Part shown: positions 25,416 to 38,696 of the stretch, one piece after another | Layout of the letters: the number at the start of each line of letters is the position of its first letter | Position numbering within the stretch: the first letter of the stretch is position 1 | Source: Stylophora pistillata | Lineage: Eukaryota | Direction: 5' to 3' | DNA: 64,000 nt | Assembly: GCF_002571385.2 (NCBI RefSeq) | Contig: NW_019218169.1 | Coordinates: 197,995-261,994 of the forward strand | Translations under genes and position numbers: made by a program | The notes under the pieces: generated by a model | The model's database searches: none | The model's input: the letters and a program-made list of their open reading frames with translations, nothing else | Told to the model about the DNA's origin: nothing

Positions 25416-28400
25416 ATGATCACTACAGCATCTTTTTTCGGACGAGTACCTTGTTCTCATTTGCGCAACTTTTCTCCTATTTCATCTTTGGCGAAAGTTC
25501 ACTTTCAGAGAGCTGAAGCAGCAAACAAGATCACTCCTTCTGAAACCGACATAGAATCGCTGCCGTTTGATGATATCCCAGGACCTCAAGGGAAATATAC
25601 ACCAGCGTTAGGGTTTTATCGCGTTTCTGAAGGATTCACCAAAATTTATAAATTAACAGACAAGCTATTCAAGCAGTATGGCCCAATATTTAAACAGCAT
25701 GTCACCGACAGGAGCCCTGTTGTTCATGTTATGGATCCAGTCGACTTCCAAACCGTGTATCGTGCGGAGGGAAAATATCCATACAGGCCACCGATTGATG
25801 CTATTATGGAAATTCGGAGAAGAAAGGGAATGTTTCTCGGGCTGGAAAATCTGTGAGTACCTTAAATAGTATTCGTTATGTTTTCTCGATCTTCAAATTA
25901 AAAGGTCAGACACCAGACTACTTTGAGGTCGATTGACTTGATATAGTGTGTGCTTTTAAGGTTAAATTTGTTGTCACCCCACTCAGGTACATTACTGACT
26001 GTTGCTTGCGAGTCGGTGTGATATTTAACTGTTTGAATGATGCTATGCGTCAACCTTCACAAATTACACTTCTGCTCGTCACTTTAGTTCGTGGTTACTC
26101 CTTGCAAGTGTTACTAAAATTAGCAAATCGTTTGGGGATTTAATTGAATTCTTTTGAAATTGATTTGTCAAAACAAATTCTTATAACATTCTTTGTTATA
26201 AAAATGTGTCTAATAAGTAATAAGTATACATAAAATGTCATCAAAAATATGATTGATGTAATAAATATATTAATATAAATATAAATATTTCAAATATAAA
26301 TCAATCTTCTCTGAAGAAGGAGCTCAATTTGGTTTTGAATTATATCCATACTTATCTAGTGGATGAAACTGTGGTGGGCTAGCTATTCTACTCTCCAATG
26401 ACCCAAGGAACATAAGAAAATTTGAATACTTCATTGTTTGTCTGTTCGAGATAATAGTTAAAATTATGAGATCTGCAGGTGCGGGTTTCTGATGGTGGTA
26501 TCAAATATTTTGGTTTATCTATATAAATAATGTCATTGGTAAATTTGTACATTGTCATTAAATGGGCTTGGTTTTCAGCAAAGAGCAAGGGATTCCCATT
26601 CCAGGTCTTTCAACATAGTAGTAACACTGTTTAAGCAATAGTGAAATGAAGACCTGAAAAAAAATTCAGGCATGTACAGTCTTAATTTCACTATAATTGC
26701 TTAAATAATGTTCCTCACTGCGAAGATCGTTCTCATAACCGTTTCTTTAACCGCAGTTCAAATATATGATTTTCATATATTCTGAGCAATTATAGTCCCA
26801 TTTATAGAAATGTGCTACTGCTCTCTGTACATTTTCCAATTTCTTTGTATCATATTGGGAGTGTGGCAGTTGGTGGAGGCGAGCTTGCAAAGAGCTTTAA
26901 ACAATCACAGAACATATTTCTCCATCTAGCTACAGGTTGCCTAGCTGCCAGAACATTTCAGGATGTTTCACGTTGTCACAGTGATAAGTATTTTCCCCAG
27001 CACCTATCCTAGTGCTATGTTTCTCTGGTGGGGAGGACAGAAAACATGAAACACTGAGGCTCCAAATGTCAACAGACAAACCTGCAGGAAATGGCAGGTG
27101 ATTGGGATTGGGTGAAGAGGTAGTGTGAGGGCCCTTCTTATAGATTTTTGCCACACCCAGAGTGCACTGAATGTGGGAAGTGAAAGGCAGCACCAGTGTT
27201 ACGAATGATAAGGAAATGGACTATTATTTTCTTTCAGAAAGTATATTTCACCTAGAAACTCTCTTTTGGCAAGAACCTTGAGCTTGCTACCTAATCCTTT
27301 CTCATTCTGTCAGGTTGAAGGCTTTGTACTGAAACAAACTGAGCTTGCTCAAGTTTGTGTGAATTTAAGTAAGAAGCCTTTGCTGTCTGGCTTTTGCATA
27401 ACTTTTTATCAAACTTCTCATTATTATAATTCTAACTTGTTCAATGATAACACATGCAGTCTACAACTTGTCCTCACTTGCACAGCTGTGTAACTGAGAT
27501 TTGAGCAAGAAATATGATGAAACTTGATGTGCAATGGGTCACACACTTTACACACTCTGCTTGTCAAATATTGAGGAGATACGCATCACTCTGCATTATT
27601 AGCTGCAACAGGGACACCAGTGTTATTGATACAAGTTAATGGTTATGTCAAATCTAAACAGGATCAAGATACACCTTTTTTTTTTGGAGTTTGATATAAT
27701 ATATATGTGAGAATTTCAGGGGGTACACAAAGAAAGGTAATTATAACATAACCAAAGTAAAGCGCGCGCTCTGATTGGTCAATTTAGCATCCTCCATTTG
27801 CCCATGGGTGTACGCTGCTGACGTGAGCAAATGCAAAGACTATTTTTCCGCGCGCGCTTTTTTTTTTTCTGGACGCGTAAGATTTGTTAAATAAAAGGGA
27901 ACTCTTTAGCTACAATGTATCAATGTTATGTTATAAAACAAATGGTAAACACCACAGCGTACACTATTGAGTTATGGATGCACTTGGGAGGTTTGCTAAG
28001 CACTCAAGAAGCTACAGTCGCTCTTGGCTATCGCCTCGAGCGACTCTTGCACTTCTTTCATGCTTAGCAACCTCCCGTGTGCATCCATAACTCAATAGTG
28101 TACGCTGTGGTGTTTACCATTTGTTAACTGGTTTTGTGTGAAACAGCAGAAACATCAAACATTTTGATCATGCTCAGACTTGTTCCCTTTACCACTCATT
28201 TGATTTTTTATTTGTCAACTTTCCTGAGTTATCTGGGAGTCACCCAGATAAAGTTCCTTTAAGAGTTACTGCTCTAACTCTTTGATTTTCACCTCACAGA
28301 AACGGTAAAGAATGGCAAAGAATACGACAAGCAGTAGCCCCAAAACTGATGCGTCCAAAAGTGTTGGAGGAAAACATTGACAACTTCAACGCTGTTACAT

Positions 28401-31400
28401 ATGATACACTTAAACGACTTGCTAATCTAAAAGAGACCAGTGGATTGGGAGGAGAAATTCCTGATCTGGAGGGAGAACTGAGTAAATGGGCTACGGAGAG
28501 TAAGTTTGCATGTCTAAACTAAAGAAAGCATCAATTTTTAAAAGATTTCTTGCCCTTTTGGTAATTAAAGGTGGCTATGAATTGATATGTACAGATTTTT
28601 TTGAAAGCTTGGCAAAAACATGAATATTGACGTACTTAGTGAGATGCATTAATTGATAAAAAGTTGTGGTCACTCCCTGGTGTTTGAATAACAGACACGT
28701 TAAGCTAAAATTGAGTGTGTTTCAAAGAGTCTGTAGTATTGCTATCATTATGGTAACCTAATGAGACATAAAGATGATCAAACGTTATTAATAAAAAGTT
28801 AACCTTTCTTAAGACTCTTGGTTTTATTCAAGGGAATATGAAAAATTGAAGTGGTATTGATTAATTAGTTAAATATAAAGAACTGAAGTTTTGAGCCACC
28901 TCATGAAAGTTTTGGTTTTTCTCTTCAAGGATGGTTCTGTGTTTTGGACTTGGGTTTTCTTCAATGCTTTTAGATTGTTAAAAAATCAAGTGTATATTAT
29001 CTTTAGTCCATTATTAAGAGCGACTGACCGTAAATATTGCGAATCCGCCAACAGTTGCAAAATTTTGTAATTCATTTTATTTTTTCTAAACGACAAAATT
29101 AATGAACCTTTTTTGAAAATATATCAAAAAGTTCTATCGCGCTTTTTTTCTCCAAAAAATCGAAAACTTCAAAATACACCTAAATGGCCATTGTCCCCCC
29201 TGTAAAGCAATGAAAAATTAAGCAACTTTGGCAACTTCGTACGCTACACCGCGAAGTAATCCCGCTTTCAAATTTTGTGTGCTAGCAGATGGTTTTTTCA
29301 TCTCTCGGAAAATATTAATTTCTTGTTATGTTGATACATTTATAAGTCTGAACGATGACCAGTTAAAATAAAGTACTTCGAGTTTCTTTCGTGGAGGTAA
29401 AATAAAGGTCAACTTCAGTGGCTTGTGACCAGGTCTGCCATATATACCTAAAAATCATAATATGCATTATCTTTAAGCTTTATTCTTGTATTTTAATTCC
29501 TCCTATGCTCTTTCCAGACCTACCATAAGTGGTATGTCTAGGTGTAAAAGAGTTTGGGCTATTTTGTCAAAAATTCAATGCGAACCGTTGAACAGCTGTC
29601 ACAATTCAAAGGCCTTTAAAAAGGTCTTGTATGATATATTTACAAACCAAAATATATGTTATCTTATAGTTTTATCTTTGTAGTTTAATTCTTCAAAGTT
29701 TCTTTCTTAGCCCACCATAGGCGGTGCATCCAGCTTTTAAAGAGTTTGGGCTAAAAAATGTAATGCGATCCATAGAATGGCTATCACGCAAGAGGTCAAG
29801 GCTAATCTTTCAGCTTGGCAAGGAATGTACCTAATACTTGTGTGACAGCTGTTCAACAGATCGCATTACATTTTTTGTCTTTTTAGCCCAAACCCTTTGA
29901 AAGCTGGACACGCCGCCTATGGCAGGCCAAGAAAGAAACTTTGAAGAATTAAACTACAAAGATAAAACTTAATGAAGATATAATTATATATATTTTTTGA
30001 TTTGTAAATATATCATACAAGACCTTTTTAAAGGCCTTTAAATGGGTCATGACAGCTGTTCAGGGGTTCGTATTGCATTTTTAACAAAATAGCTCAAACT
30101 CTGTTAAACCTGGAAGTGCAGCTTATTGCAGGCTCGAACAGAAAATTGGTGGAATTGAAATACAAGGATAAAGCTTTACAATTATGTACATTAGGATTTG
30201 TAAGTATATATGGCAGACCTGTGTACAGGCCACTGAAGTTTACCTTTATTTTACCTATGTGAAAGAGGCGTGAAGTACTTTGTTTCAACGGGTCATCATT
30301 CAGACTTAAACATAACAACATAACAAGAAATTAATATTTTCCAAGAGACAAAAGGACCATCTGCTAGGACACACAATTTAAAAGTGTGATTACATTGCAT
30401 TGTAGCATACAAAATTGCCAAAGTTGCATAATTTTTCATTGCCTTACGGGGGAGACAACAGCCATTTAGGTGTATTTTGAACTTTTTGATTTTTTGGAGA
30501 AGAAAAAGTGCAATAGAACTTTTTGATATAATTTTTGAAAAAGGTTCATGAAAAGGGTCCTTTGGAAAAAATAAAACGAATTGCAAAATTTTGCAACTGT
30601 TGGCAGATTCTCAATATTTATGGTCAGAGGCACTTAATAAGTGTTTCCTGTTCAAGGATAGGTATATTTTTCTTGACCTCTGTTTTTTTATGTCTAATAT
30701 GTTTGTTTATTTTGTTTATATGTTTTAATTGAGGTGTGGGTACATTGGTATTTGATGTTAGAGTTGGGTTATACAATGATCCACCCAGTGAAGAAGCCAT
30801 GAGGTTCATTGGAGCGATTCATGATGTTTTTCAAAGTCTCCATGCTTTTGTTTTTGGAATTTTGGAGAAACATTTATATCATTACGTGAACACCCCAAAT
30901 TTTGTCAAGCTTGAGCGTGCAGTGGACACTTCATTTGAAATTGGACAAGGATATATTGATAAGAAAATGAAAGATCTTAAAGAAATGGCCCATAAAGGAT
31001 CAGATGATTCTGAAGAACTGAAAGGTAAAATCAGGATTGCAATGATGCCTTAGTCTTTGCTAAAGTGGCTGTGCAAAATTCTGTCCGAGGAGCATTACCT
31101 CTTTCATTCTATTTGCAATGAAATGAGAACCAAGAACAAATCAGGAGAACAAATCCAGTGAGCGGGGTGGAGTGGGTTGAACCAGGGACCACCATAGTTA
31201 AAAGCTTAGCACCCTAAACGCATGACCACTCTTACATATTAAACCATAAGATTCAGAAAAATTGTGTGGCATTTTGAAATGTTAACACACCACAATGAAT
31301 ATCGCCTCCCAACCCATTGCCACAAGTCATAATAGCAACACCACCTACATCTATGACAACTTAGAATTAAGAAGGGTGTTTCCAAGTATTCCCTACCTCA

Positions 31401-34400
31401 AAAAAATTACTACGACTCAAAAGTGCAAATTGTATTCAGTTAGGTCAACCTAGTTTATCAATTCTCTGGTTTTAGGATCAACAAATAAGATGTAAATGTA
31501 CAGATGAGTAATGAACTAACAACCATTTGTTATTTGTTTATTGATAGCTGTTTCGCTTTTAACCTACTTGCTGACACGTGAGGACTTGACCCTGGAAGAA
31601 ATTTATGCCAACGCTTTTACTATGTTTGCAGCAGGTGTTGACACAGTAAGTTGGTTTATTATTCTTTATGTTTTGACAAATTGGTGTCAACTGCTGTTAA
31701 TAGTTACATTATACCTAGTGACAAAACCCAAAGATGAACAAGGAAAAATATTTTTTTACTGGTGAGGAGACGGTATGATCTGTTGAGCTGTGCTAACGTG
31801 ATCATTTAACTTGACAGAAAATGATCTTCGCAACCTTACAAACAGAATCATAAACCCTACATGCTTCATTTAAAAACTGATTTATTAACTTTGACTAGAC
31901 TTGTTTTTTTACCTCTGTGAGTGTACATTTGGCTAATCGTTGCTGTTATCAATGGGCGTGAGCTGGAAATCAAGTGAACCATGCAAGAAATCTTCAACTC
32001 AACAAAAGAACTGCTTAAGTGTACTGCACACTCCCATGCGCATTGAGCCAGTGTCGTTCTCCTGAATTAACTTCTGGCAACATGCTCATCGTTCGTAATA
32101 ACATGTACATGAAAATGCGTGCACAAAAATAAATGAATTTCTAGAAAAGTGATTGCCATGTTCCGACGAGTTATCATTAAGGGCAAAGGGGTTTGGTGAT
32201 TATTTTGGGTAAAAGGATAAATGACAATTGAAGGGTACACTTCTAATCATAAGGGGAATGCAGCACCCAGGTCAAAATTTGGATACCTCTTTCGGGTTCT
32301 TTTGGCCTCTCTACCTCACGCAGGCTTATTTTTTCCTTTAAAGACAAGTTACACCACTCTGTGGACACTGTATCACCTGGCAAGAAATCCTGAAATTCAA
32401 GAAATCCTTTATCAGGAAATATCTAGTATTCTGGGTGAACATGGAGATGCTACGGCTGGAAGTCTTGCGAAATTGTCTTATCTCAAGGCTTGTGCCAAAG
32501 AATCTGCAAGGCAAGTTCATGTTTCAAAGTGGATTTTGCCAGAGAGTGCATTCAAACTTGAATGTACAATCCTGAAGTGATATCTTTTAAACTCTTCCAT
32601 TTCTTTCATAGATTGACACCAGTTTTCCCCTCTAATCGAAGAGTATTGGAGAAAGATGTGGTTTTGAGTGGATATTTGGTTCCTGCACAGGTTTGTACCT
32701 AAAATTAACTTCATACCATCTGCGTCCATTCTTGAACTGGGACGAATTTAGTGCTACTGATGTTTTTTTGTTTAAACAGTGCAGGTTTTGTCACTTTACG
32801 TCTATTTTGTTATCATCATTTTCTTGTCTTTCTTGTCTCCGTTACATGAATCCAAACCATACGGTTAAAGTGCGGTCAGTTCGTTCCAAGTCAGAGGGCC
32901 TGTAGGCAGGGACGACCACTCCACTGATCTTTGGACACGAGGAACCTGCCATAGACATCGTCTTTATTTTGAAGCTCGTTTAGAGCAGTTTTCAACTAAG
33001 TGTCTGAGAACTTAAACCAACTTTATCGCAATTGTTATCTTCTCCATCCTCAATCAGGTTTCCCTTTTGTGGTTTCATCTTACCTCTTTAATGCCGTCTA
33101 CTTCGGCGATAATTTTAATTAATACACGACTCGGGCAGTCAGAGGGCTAATAACTAAAATCAACCAATCAAAGTGCTCTATTGCCGGTCAATATTCTCTC
33201 AGTATTGGACCGGGCACTGTCCCGAATGGTCCCTCGGTCTTTATTGTACGGACCGAGCTGCGCTCGGTCCGTACTGTCAAGACCTCGGCCCGTTATTCTC
33301 CCAGTACGGCCCTCGCGTTTGGTTAATAAGATATATGGCATTCTCATTCTAAGGTTCTCAAAGAGTTTTCTTGGTCTCTGATAATGCTAGTTCTGTCTTG
33401 AAACCTGACTTAACGTGGGTCCAGCGGGGTTAGATATCTTCCAAAGACGTTCATGAGGCGTCGTTTCAGTACCTTAAAGAGGTATCTGCGATGCCTCATG
33501 CGAGGATCACTCATGCGAGGGGTCTTCCTTTCTCTTTGTGAAGTATTGACGGATGACGTCAAGAGAGACCAGTCTGTTTTTTAACTCTCTTGTTTACTTT
33601 TGTTCGTCATAATTTCACAGACCATTATTCAATTGGAATTCCTTGCCACAGCAGCCTCAGAAAAATACTTCAAGAATGCATCAGATTATAAACCTGAACG
33701 CTGGCTGAGAGAAAACAAGAAAGATATTGATTCGTTTGCATTCCTTCCGTTTGGCTTTGGTCCGCGCATGTGCATTGGTGAGTTGTTCTTACTGGCGTTT
33801 AGCGTAAACACGTTCCTTCTTCATAGTAAACTTTTGGTAACTAGAATTCTCCGAACATTAGTTTTTCCGAATCTGCCACGGTGGTCAAATGACTTTTTCA
33901 ATTCGAAAAGTATGTCATTTGGTTCCGATAAAAATTGCTTTTTGCCATCAATGAATTACGTTTACATCCGGGCAGTAACCAAGGGTGTGCACCAAAGAAG
34001 TTTCCAGGTGTCAATGATTTGATCTTCATTATGAAATTAAGTCAGGTCGCCATAGTCAAGAGGTTTACCAGAGAGGAATGGGTGGGGCGATTTTGGAAAC
34101 GTGCCATACTTACCTGTATATATTAACCGTCCCCCGGTTAGCTCAATTGGTTAGAGCGCCAGACTGTTGTGCGGGAGGTCGAGGATTCGAGCCCCGGCCG
34201 GACCAACACTCAACATTTAACCCTCTTAAACACACTTGAAATAACTGAGGAGAATGTGCTACCTTTCTATAATATCAAGAAATGGATAGACATTCTAGTC
34301 TTCTCGGATAAGGACGAATAAACCGTAGGTCCCGTCTCCTGCTTCCATTAATTAGTCAATTTGGTTAGGCCTTGTCATTGTTGACGCGGGATCTACTGTA

Positions 34401-35387
34401 ATTGGCTAAGACTGAAGTAAAATAATTTGAATATATCAACAAAGTTGAAATGGTAAATTGGCCACCGTTACGATTATAAAAGCTGACGTTTCGAGCGTTA
34501 GCCCTTCAGAGCGAAGGGCTTTCGCTCTGAAAACTAGAAACTAGCAGCCTTTAAGACTGTAGTGGTCTCCCTGGCTAAGATAATTAGGTGAAGCTAATAA
34601 AATAGAATAAAATAGTGAAAAAACATGATATAGGTAAACTGCTCAATTGGGAGAAGGACGTACCATGAAAATAAATGGACTCGAATAGATTGATCGGGTT
34701 AAAAAAATTCGTACATTCTCCATAATGTTTTTTTTTTTTTTTTCGGTTTCTGTTACAGGCAGTAGAGTAGCAGAGCTGGAAACATATCTTCTGGTTGCAA
34801 AGGTAGGCAAGTATTTGTTTGGCAACAATGTCCAAAGAAAAAAGATTAGATTAATTACTTTCCACGCTTGCGAACTTACCCCAGAAGTCTGTCATAACCC
34901 ACGCAGAAAGTGTACGGAATCCGTCATCCGGAATGAACCAAGAAGTCTGGCATGGTTTTAAAAAGTATTAGCATGATGTTGAACGCAAAAGCGCAAAAAG
35001 TCTTTTTTGTTTTCCTTTTGCGGTTAGTTATGACATCTCTTTTGAATGAACTTTTGTTGGAGTAGTCATTGAATTATGCAAAATAGAATCGATTTCTACT
35101 TCAGGTTGTGTGAGGGGGTGAGGGGCAACTTGTGTGCAATGTTTGGACTTGTAGCAAGATACTTAATGGGGTCCTATACAGGAAAAATAAAGTTGACAAT
35201 TGTAGAGGCAATAATCCTTTTCCATAGGCCTAGCCATGTTGAGTTCTGATAATAATCCTCGCCGTACACATTGTAGGTTATTCAACGTTTTCGTTTGGAG
35301 TATCACCACGAGCCACTGGAAATGTATCAGAAGCTATCAGCAGTTCCAGAGAAACCCGTCAGGATCAAGTTTGTAGATCGACATTAA
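25416..35387 (+). CDS. Cytochrome P450, mitochondrial clan, paralogue 1, 9 exons
   Basis: Exons 25416-25852, 28300-28499, 30734-31024, 31548-31645, 32344-32510 (GC donor), 32612-32690, 33621-33777, 34759-34802, 35277-35387. Arg/Ser-rich transit-like N-terminus, [28 protein letters not shown] (ExxR), PERW, heme motif [10 protein letters not shown]. Confidence 0.93.
26260..26640 (-). mobile_element. Degenerate LINE 3' fragment
   Basis: ...[11 protein letters not shown]...[12 protein letters not shown] resembles the C-terminal FKxSFFPRTIxEWN motif of non-LTR ORF2. Confidence 0.55.
27738..28127. mobile_element. Non-autonomous element ending in a ~190-bp palindrome
   Basis: AACAAATGGTAAAC...GAGTTATGGATGCAC / GTGCATCCATAACTC...GTTTACCATTTGTT; degenerate relative at ~60190-60400. 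Confidence 0.7.
29014..30637. mobile_element. 1.6-kb foldback element bounded by TTAA (Kolobok/piggyBac-type non-autonomous), P450 #1 intron 2
   Basis: TTAA at 29014-17 and 30634-37; ~780-bp imperfect inverted arms meeting at ~29792-29838; ~195-bp internal repeat in each arm. Confidence 0.85.
34126..34343 (+). mobile_element. tRNA-derived SINE, 3'-truncated
   Basis: Same head and core as the other copies. Confidence 0.8.
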
Positions 35388-35462
35388 AAGGATTATGATC
35401 TCGTTACTCTTGCTAAAACATGTCGGTCACTCTAGTTACACTAGAGTGGCCCTCTTTTTTAT

Positions 35463-35980
35463 ACGGTTGGCGCTGTCAGCTTACCTACTTCAGTTCAATT
35501 CGCTTAGTTTGGAGCACTGAAAAGCGTTGAGGGCCTTTTTCAACGAGAAGGAAAGTTCATCAAAAAACCCGACATTGTGATATTTGTTTTACTCACGACT
35601 GTGGTCAATTACCACAACGCCTACATTGTAAATTTTGCAGATTATTCACGCCTAACATCAATCAGTCGAAAATGCAGCAGACAGTTTTTGGAAATAAAAA
35701 CTCAGTAATTTTAGTCGTCTAGATTTTTTGATAATGTGCATGTGTTTACCTTTGTTGTAGCTTCGATCCATGCTTTCATAGCTTTCCATCTGTTGGGGCA
35801 AAACAACCTTGATGCCTCTTCATTATTACAGCGGAAAAATGCAACCTCGTCAGATTCATTGGCAGGAAAGGGATGAGGGTTAAAAAACATCGCCCGTGAT
35901 TCTAAGATTCGCCTAAATTCTTTAACAGCTTTCATGTTATCATACTGACGTGTGTACAACTTTGCAAGTGATATACCCTG
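35463..35980. repeat. Block Y, copy 1 (holds a duplicate exon of the unknown gene, 35977-35750, minus strand)
   Basis: Repeated at 37658-38175; ~18 substitutions in the first ~230 bp, identical after that up to the N at 35981. Confidence 0.95.
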
Positions 35981-35981
35981 N

Positions 35982-37127
35982 GCAAGCAAAGAGAATGATT
36001 TAGTGCATTGTATTACCCAACTGTTTCTTGCTGGAGCGCAAGAGACCAGACCTTCATCATACGTGTTAGCGGTTTATGAGTCAACTTTCCAGGATATGTA
36101 ATGTTTGACATCAACCCTACTAGAATATGAATTTTTGCGTAGTCCCATACAATTACAATTGTAACGTTTAATAAACCTCCTTTAATACAATTAGCGATGG
36201 CGACACTATATCAACACAACAAGATGGCCGACCCGATTTTCCCGCTCCCCTCCTTTTGTCGTGGGACGAGACTAGCCTCGTTTCCCAGCAACGTTACACA
36301 ATGAATACATGTCTTCAATTGTATCCATAATAACTATCAATGTAGACACTGAGACTGCTACATGTAACATTGATGATAAATTATATTGAGGCTGAAAGAA
36401 AATCAGAAATTTTCGGTCATTGAAACACCGAGATCTGTCTCGTTTTTTAGTTATGTATCATCTAGTTTTGCATGTCCCAAGCAAAATAAAATAATAAAAA
36501 AAAAAAATCACCCCTCGACACAGAAGGATTCAATGATTCCAGGTTAGTAGTTACTCGGACGCTTTATCATGCAGGCTCACGAAACCTACAGTATTTAGCC
36601 CGAAACTTGAACGCGATCTTTGAGGAATGGTTGTAATATTTTCTGCGTCGTTCTTCATAGCATGCCGACAAGGTGAATCCCATACCTTGTCGGCATGCTT
36701 TGAATAACGAGGCAGAAAACAAAAGGATGCATTGTGATTCCATGAGATGTAAATAAGTGGCCCTGTATTCTGTAGTTTTACCTGAAATTCTTAACCTTCG
36801 AGCGCGGAAATCTTAACGATCTTCTTACAATTTTGCATTGCATCCCTCCCCTAGTTGGGAAGTGACAAGCAGAAGACACGTTCACGACGCCTTTTGATTA
36901 GAAGAAATAAATCCGCATCCTATTGGTTATTAGTTGTGAAGACATGACTGCAACGGAAGACACAACTGCAACGCTACATACAAACACACAAACACACACA
37001 ACCCAATATTTCTTAATTCGCTATGACGCATGAAACATTGCCTTTGAAAACACCCCCTTTGACCTCTCCGCACCCCCTTTACCCCCTCTTGTAGAAATGA
37101 CATCATAAGGCTCTCTGCGAAATTGTT
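35982..37127. repeat. Block X, copy 2
   Basis: Starts immediately after the single N; offset 11737 from copy 1. Confidence 0.95.
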
Positions 37128-37332
37128 TGACCAAGCAATCACGTCTCCGCATTTGGCTCTGAAGTTTTCAAGAAAACCGCGTACCTATGTGATCATAACG
37201 TGAAATTAAATATTGTCCACAGAAAAAAACATGGTCCTGTAAATTTTAGTGAAAGCTCTAACACATCGGTTTTCTTTGCACATTTGCCAATGGCGAATTA
37301 TTTATAAGCTCACGACCTCTAAGCGCTCTTTC

Positions 37333-38696
37333 TCACCTCAAGGTGATACCCCGGTAGTTGTTCGTGAGCAGTTGTGGTCCACTCAGTGTACTTTGGTCCA
37401 AAGTTGTCCATAAAAAAAAAAGCAGCATTTGCAGAGAAGGAGTCTGGCTGCTAGCTCTCTTGGATTCAACATACTGGTGAAAAACTGCCCCTGAGTGGTA
37501 CCAGGGAACTACCTTAATTGTACAGTCCGGAATGGTTTTCATTGGTCCATTGCCATAAAATAGCGGAGACAGGTTAGGCCTGATGAATTTCATTGCCTGT
37601 GAATGAAAACCAAATCTGTTGATGTTGATGTTAATGTTGGTAATCGCATGCTTTTTCACGGTTGGCGCTGTCAACGTGTCTACTTCAGTTCAATTCGCTC
37701 AGTTTGGAGCACAGAAAAGCGTTCAGGGTCTTTTTCAACTAGAAGGAAAGTTCATCAAAAAACCCGACATTGTGATAGTTGTGTTACTCACGACTGTGGT
37801 CAATTATCACAACGCCTACGTTGTAAATTTCGCAGATGGTTCACGACTAACATCAATCAGTCGAAAATGCAGCAGACAGTTTTTTGAAATAAAAACTCAG
37901 TAATTTTAGTCGTCTAGATTTTTTGATAATGTGCATGTGTTTACCTTTGTTGTAGCTTCGATCCATGCTTTCATAGCTTTCCATCTGTTGGGGCAAAACA
38001 ACCTTGATGCCTCTTCATTATTACAGCGGAAAAATGCAACCTCGTCAGATTCATTGGCAGGAAAGGGATGAGGGTTAAAAAACATCGCCCGTGATTCTAA
38101 GATTCGCCTAAATTCTTTAACAGCTTTCATGTTATCATACTGACGTGTGTACAACTTTGCAAGTGATATACCCTGGAAGACAGATAAATTGACTACAAGA
38201 TCAAAGTTAGTCCTCAATTTTTCCAACCAGCTTGAAATGTCATAAACTTGCTAGTTACGTCTTTCAACTTCCATCTTGACAATCTCCTCCTCCTCAAAGT
38301 CACCACACGAAATGTATCATTGCATAGCCGTGCTGTAAAGCTCTAAAGAACTTGTGGTGTAAGAACCCATTACATTACAATATTAAGAACTTATGGTGTA
38401 ACAATATTAAAGAACTTATGGTGTAAGATTACATTACATTACCACGTATTTCCAATTCTGCCCGCCGTATGTCCGTCCCTGTTCAATTGTATTACGCACG
38501 GTCTTACGATGGTACACAGCTTGACCTTGCTTAATGTAACGCAACCGGGCTCAAATTGGTTACACATCCTCGGTGGTCCGTAAATATATCTAAAACTAAC
38601 GCTCTGTCGATCATTCCTGTACCCTCCNGGTATGGTTTCCGAACAACACGTGGCGATGAATCGTGTAGAACAGCTGAAGGGCGACTTCCTAGATGT
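37333..38696 (-). CDS. Uncharacterised Cys-containing protein, partial (5' end not located)
   Basis: Four consecutive stop-free phase-0 exons with AG/GT boundaries: 38696-38508, 38342-38259, 38172-37945, 37596-(37333). Translation ...YIYGPPRMCNQFEPGC...SFTARLCNDTF...GISLAKLYTRQY...WIEATTK AMKFIRPNLSPLFYGNGP. No family recognised. Confidence 0.5.

Noticed and set aside
34482-34530. Third hammerhead motif
   Set aside because: The CUGANGA core is broken by a 3-nt deletion
37603-37903. Plus-strand ORFs in block Y'
   Set aside because: Antisense to an intron of the unknown gene, no motif, and the start region is absent from copy Y
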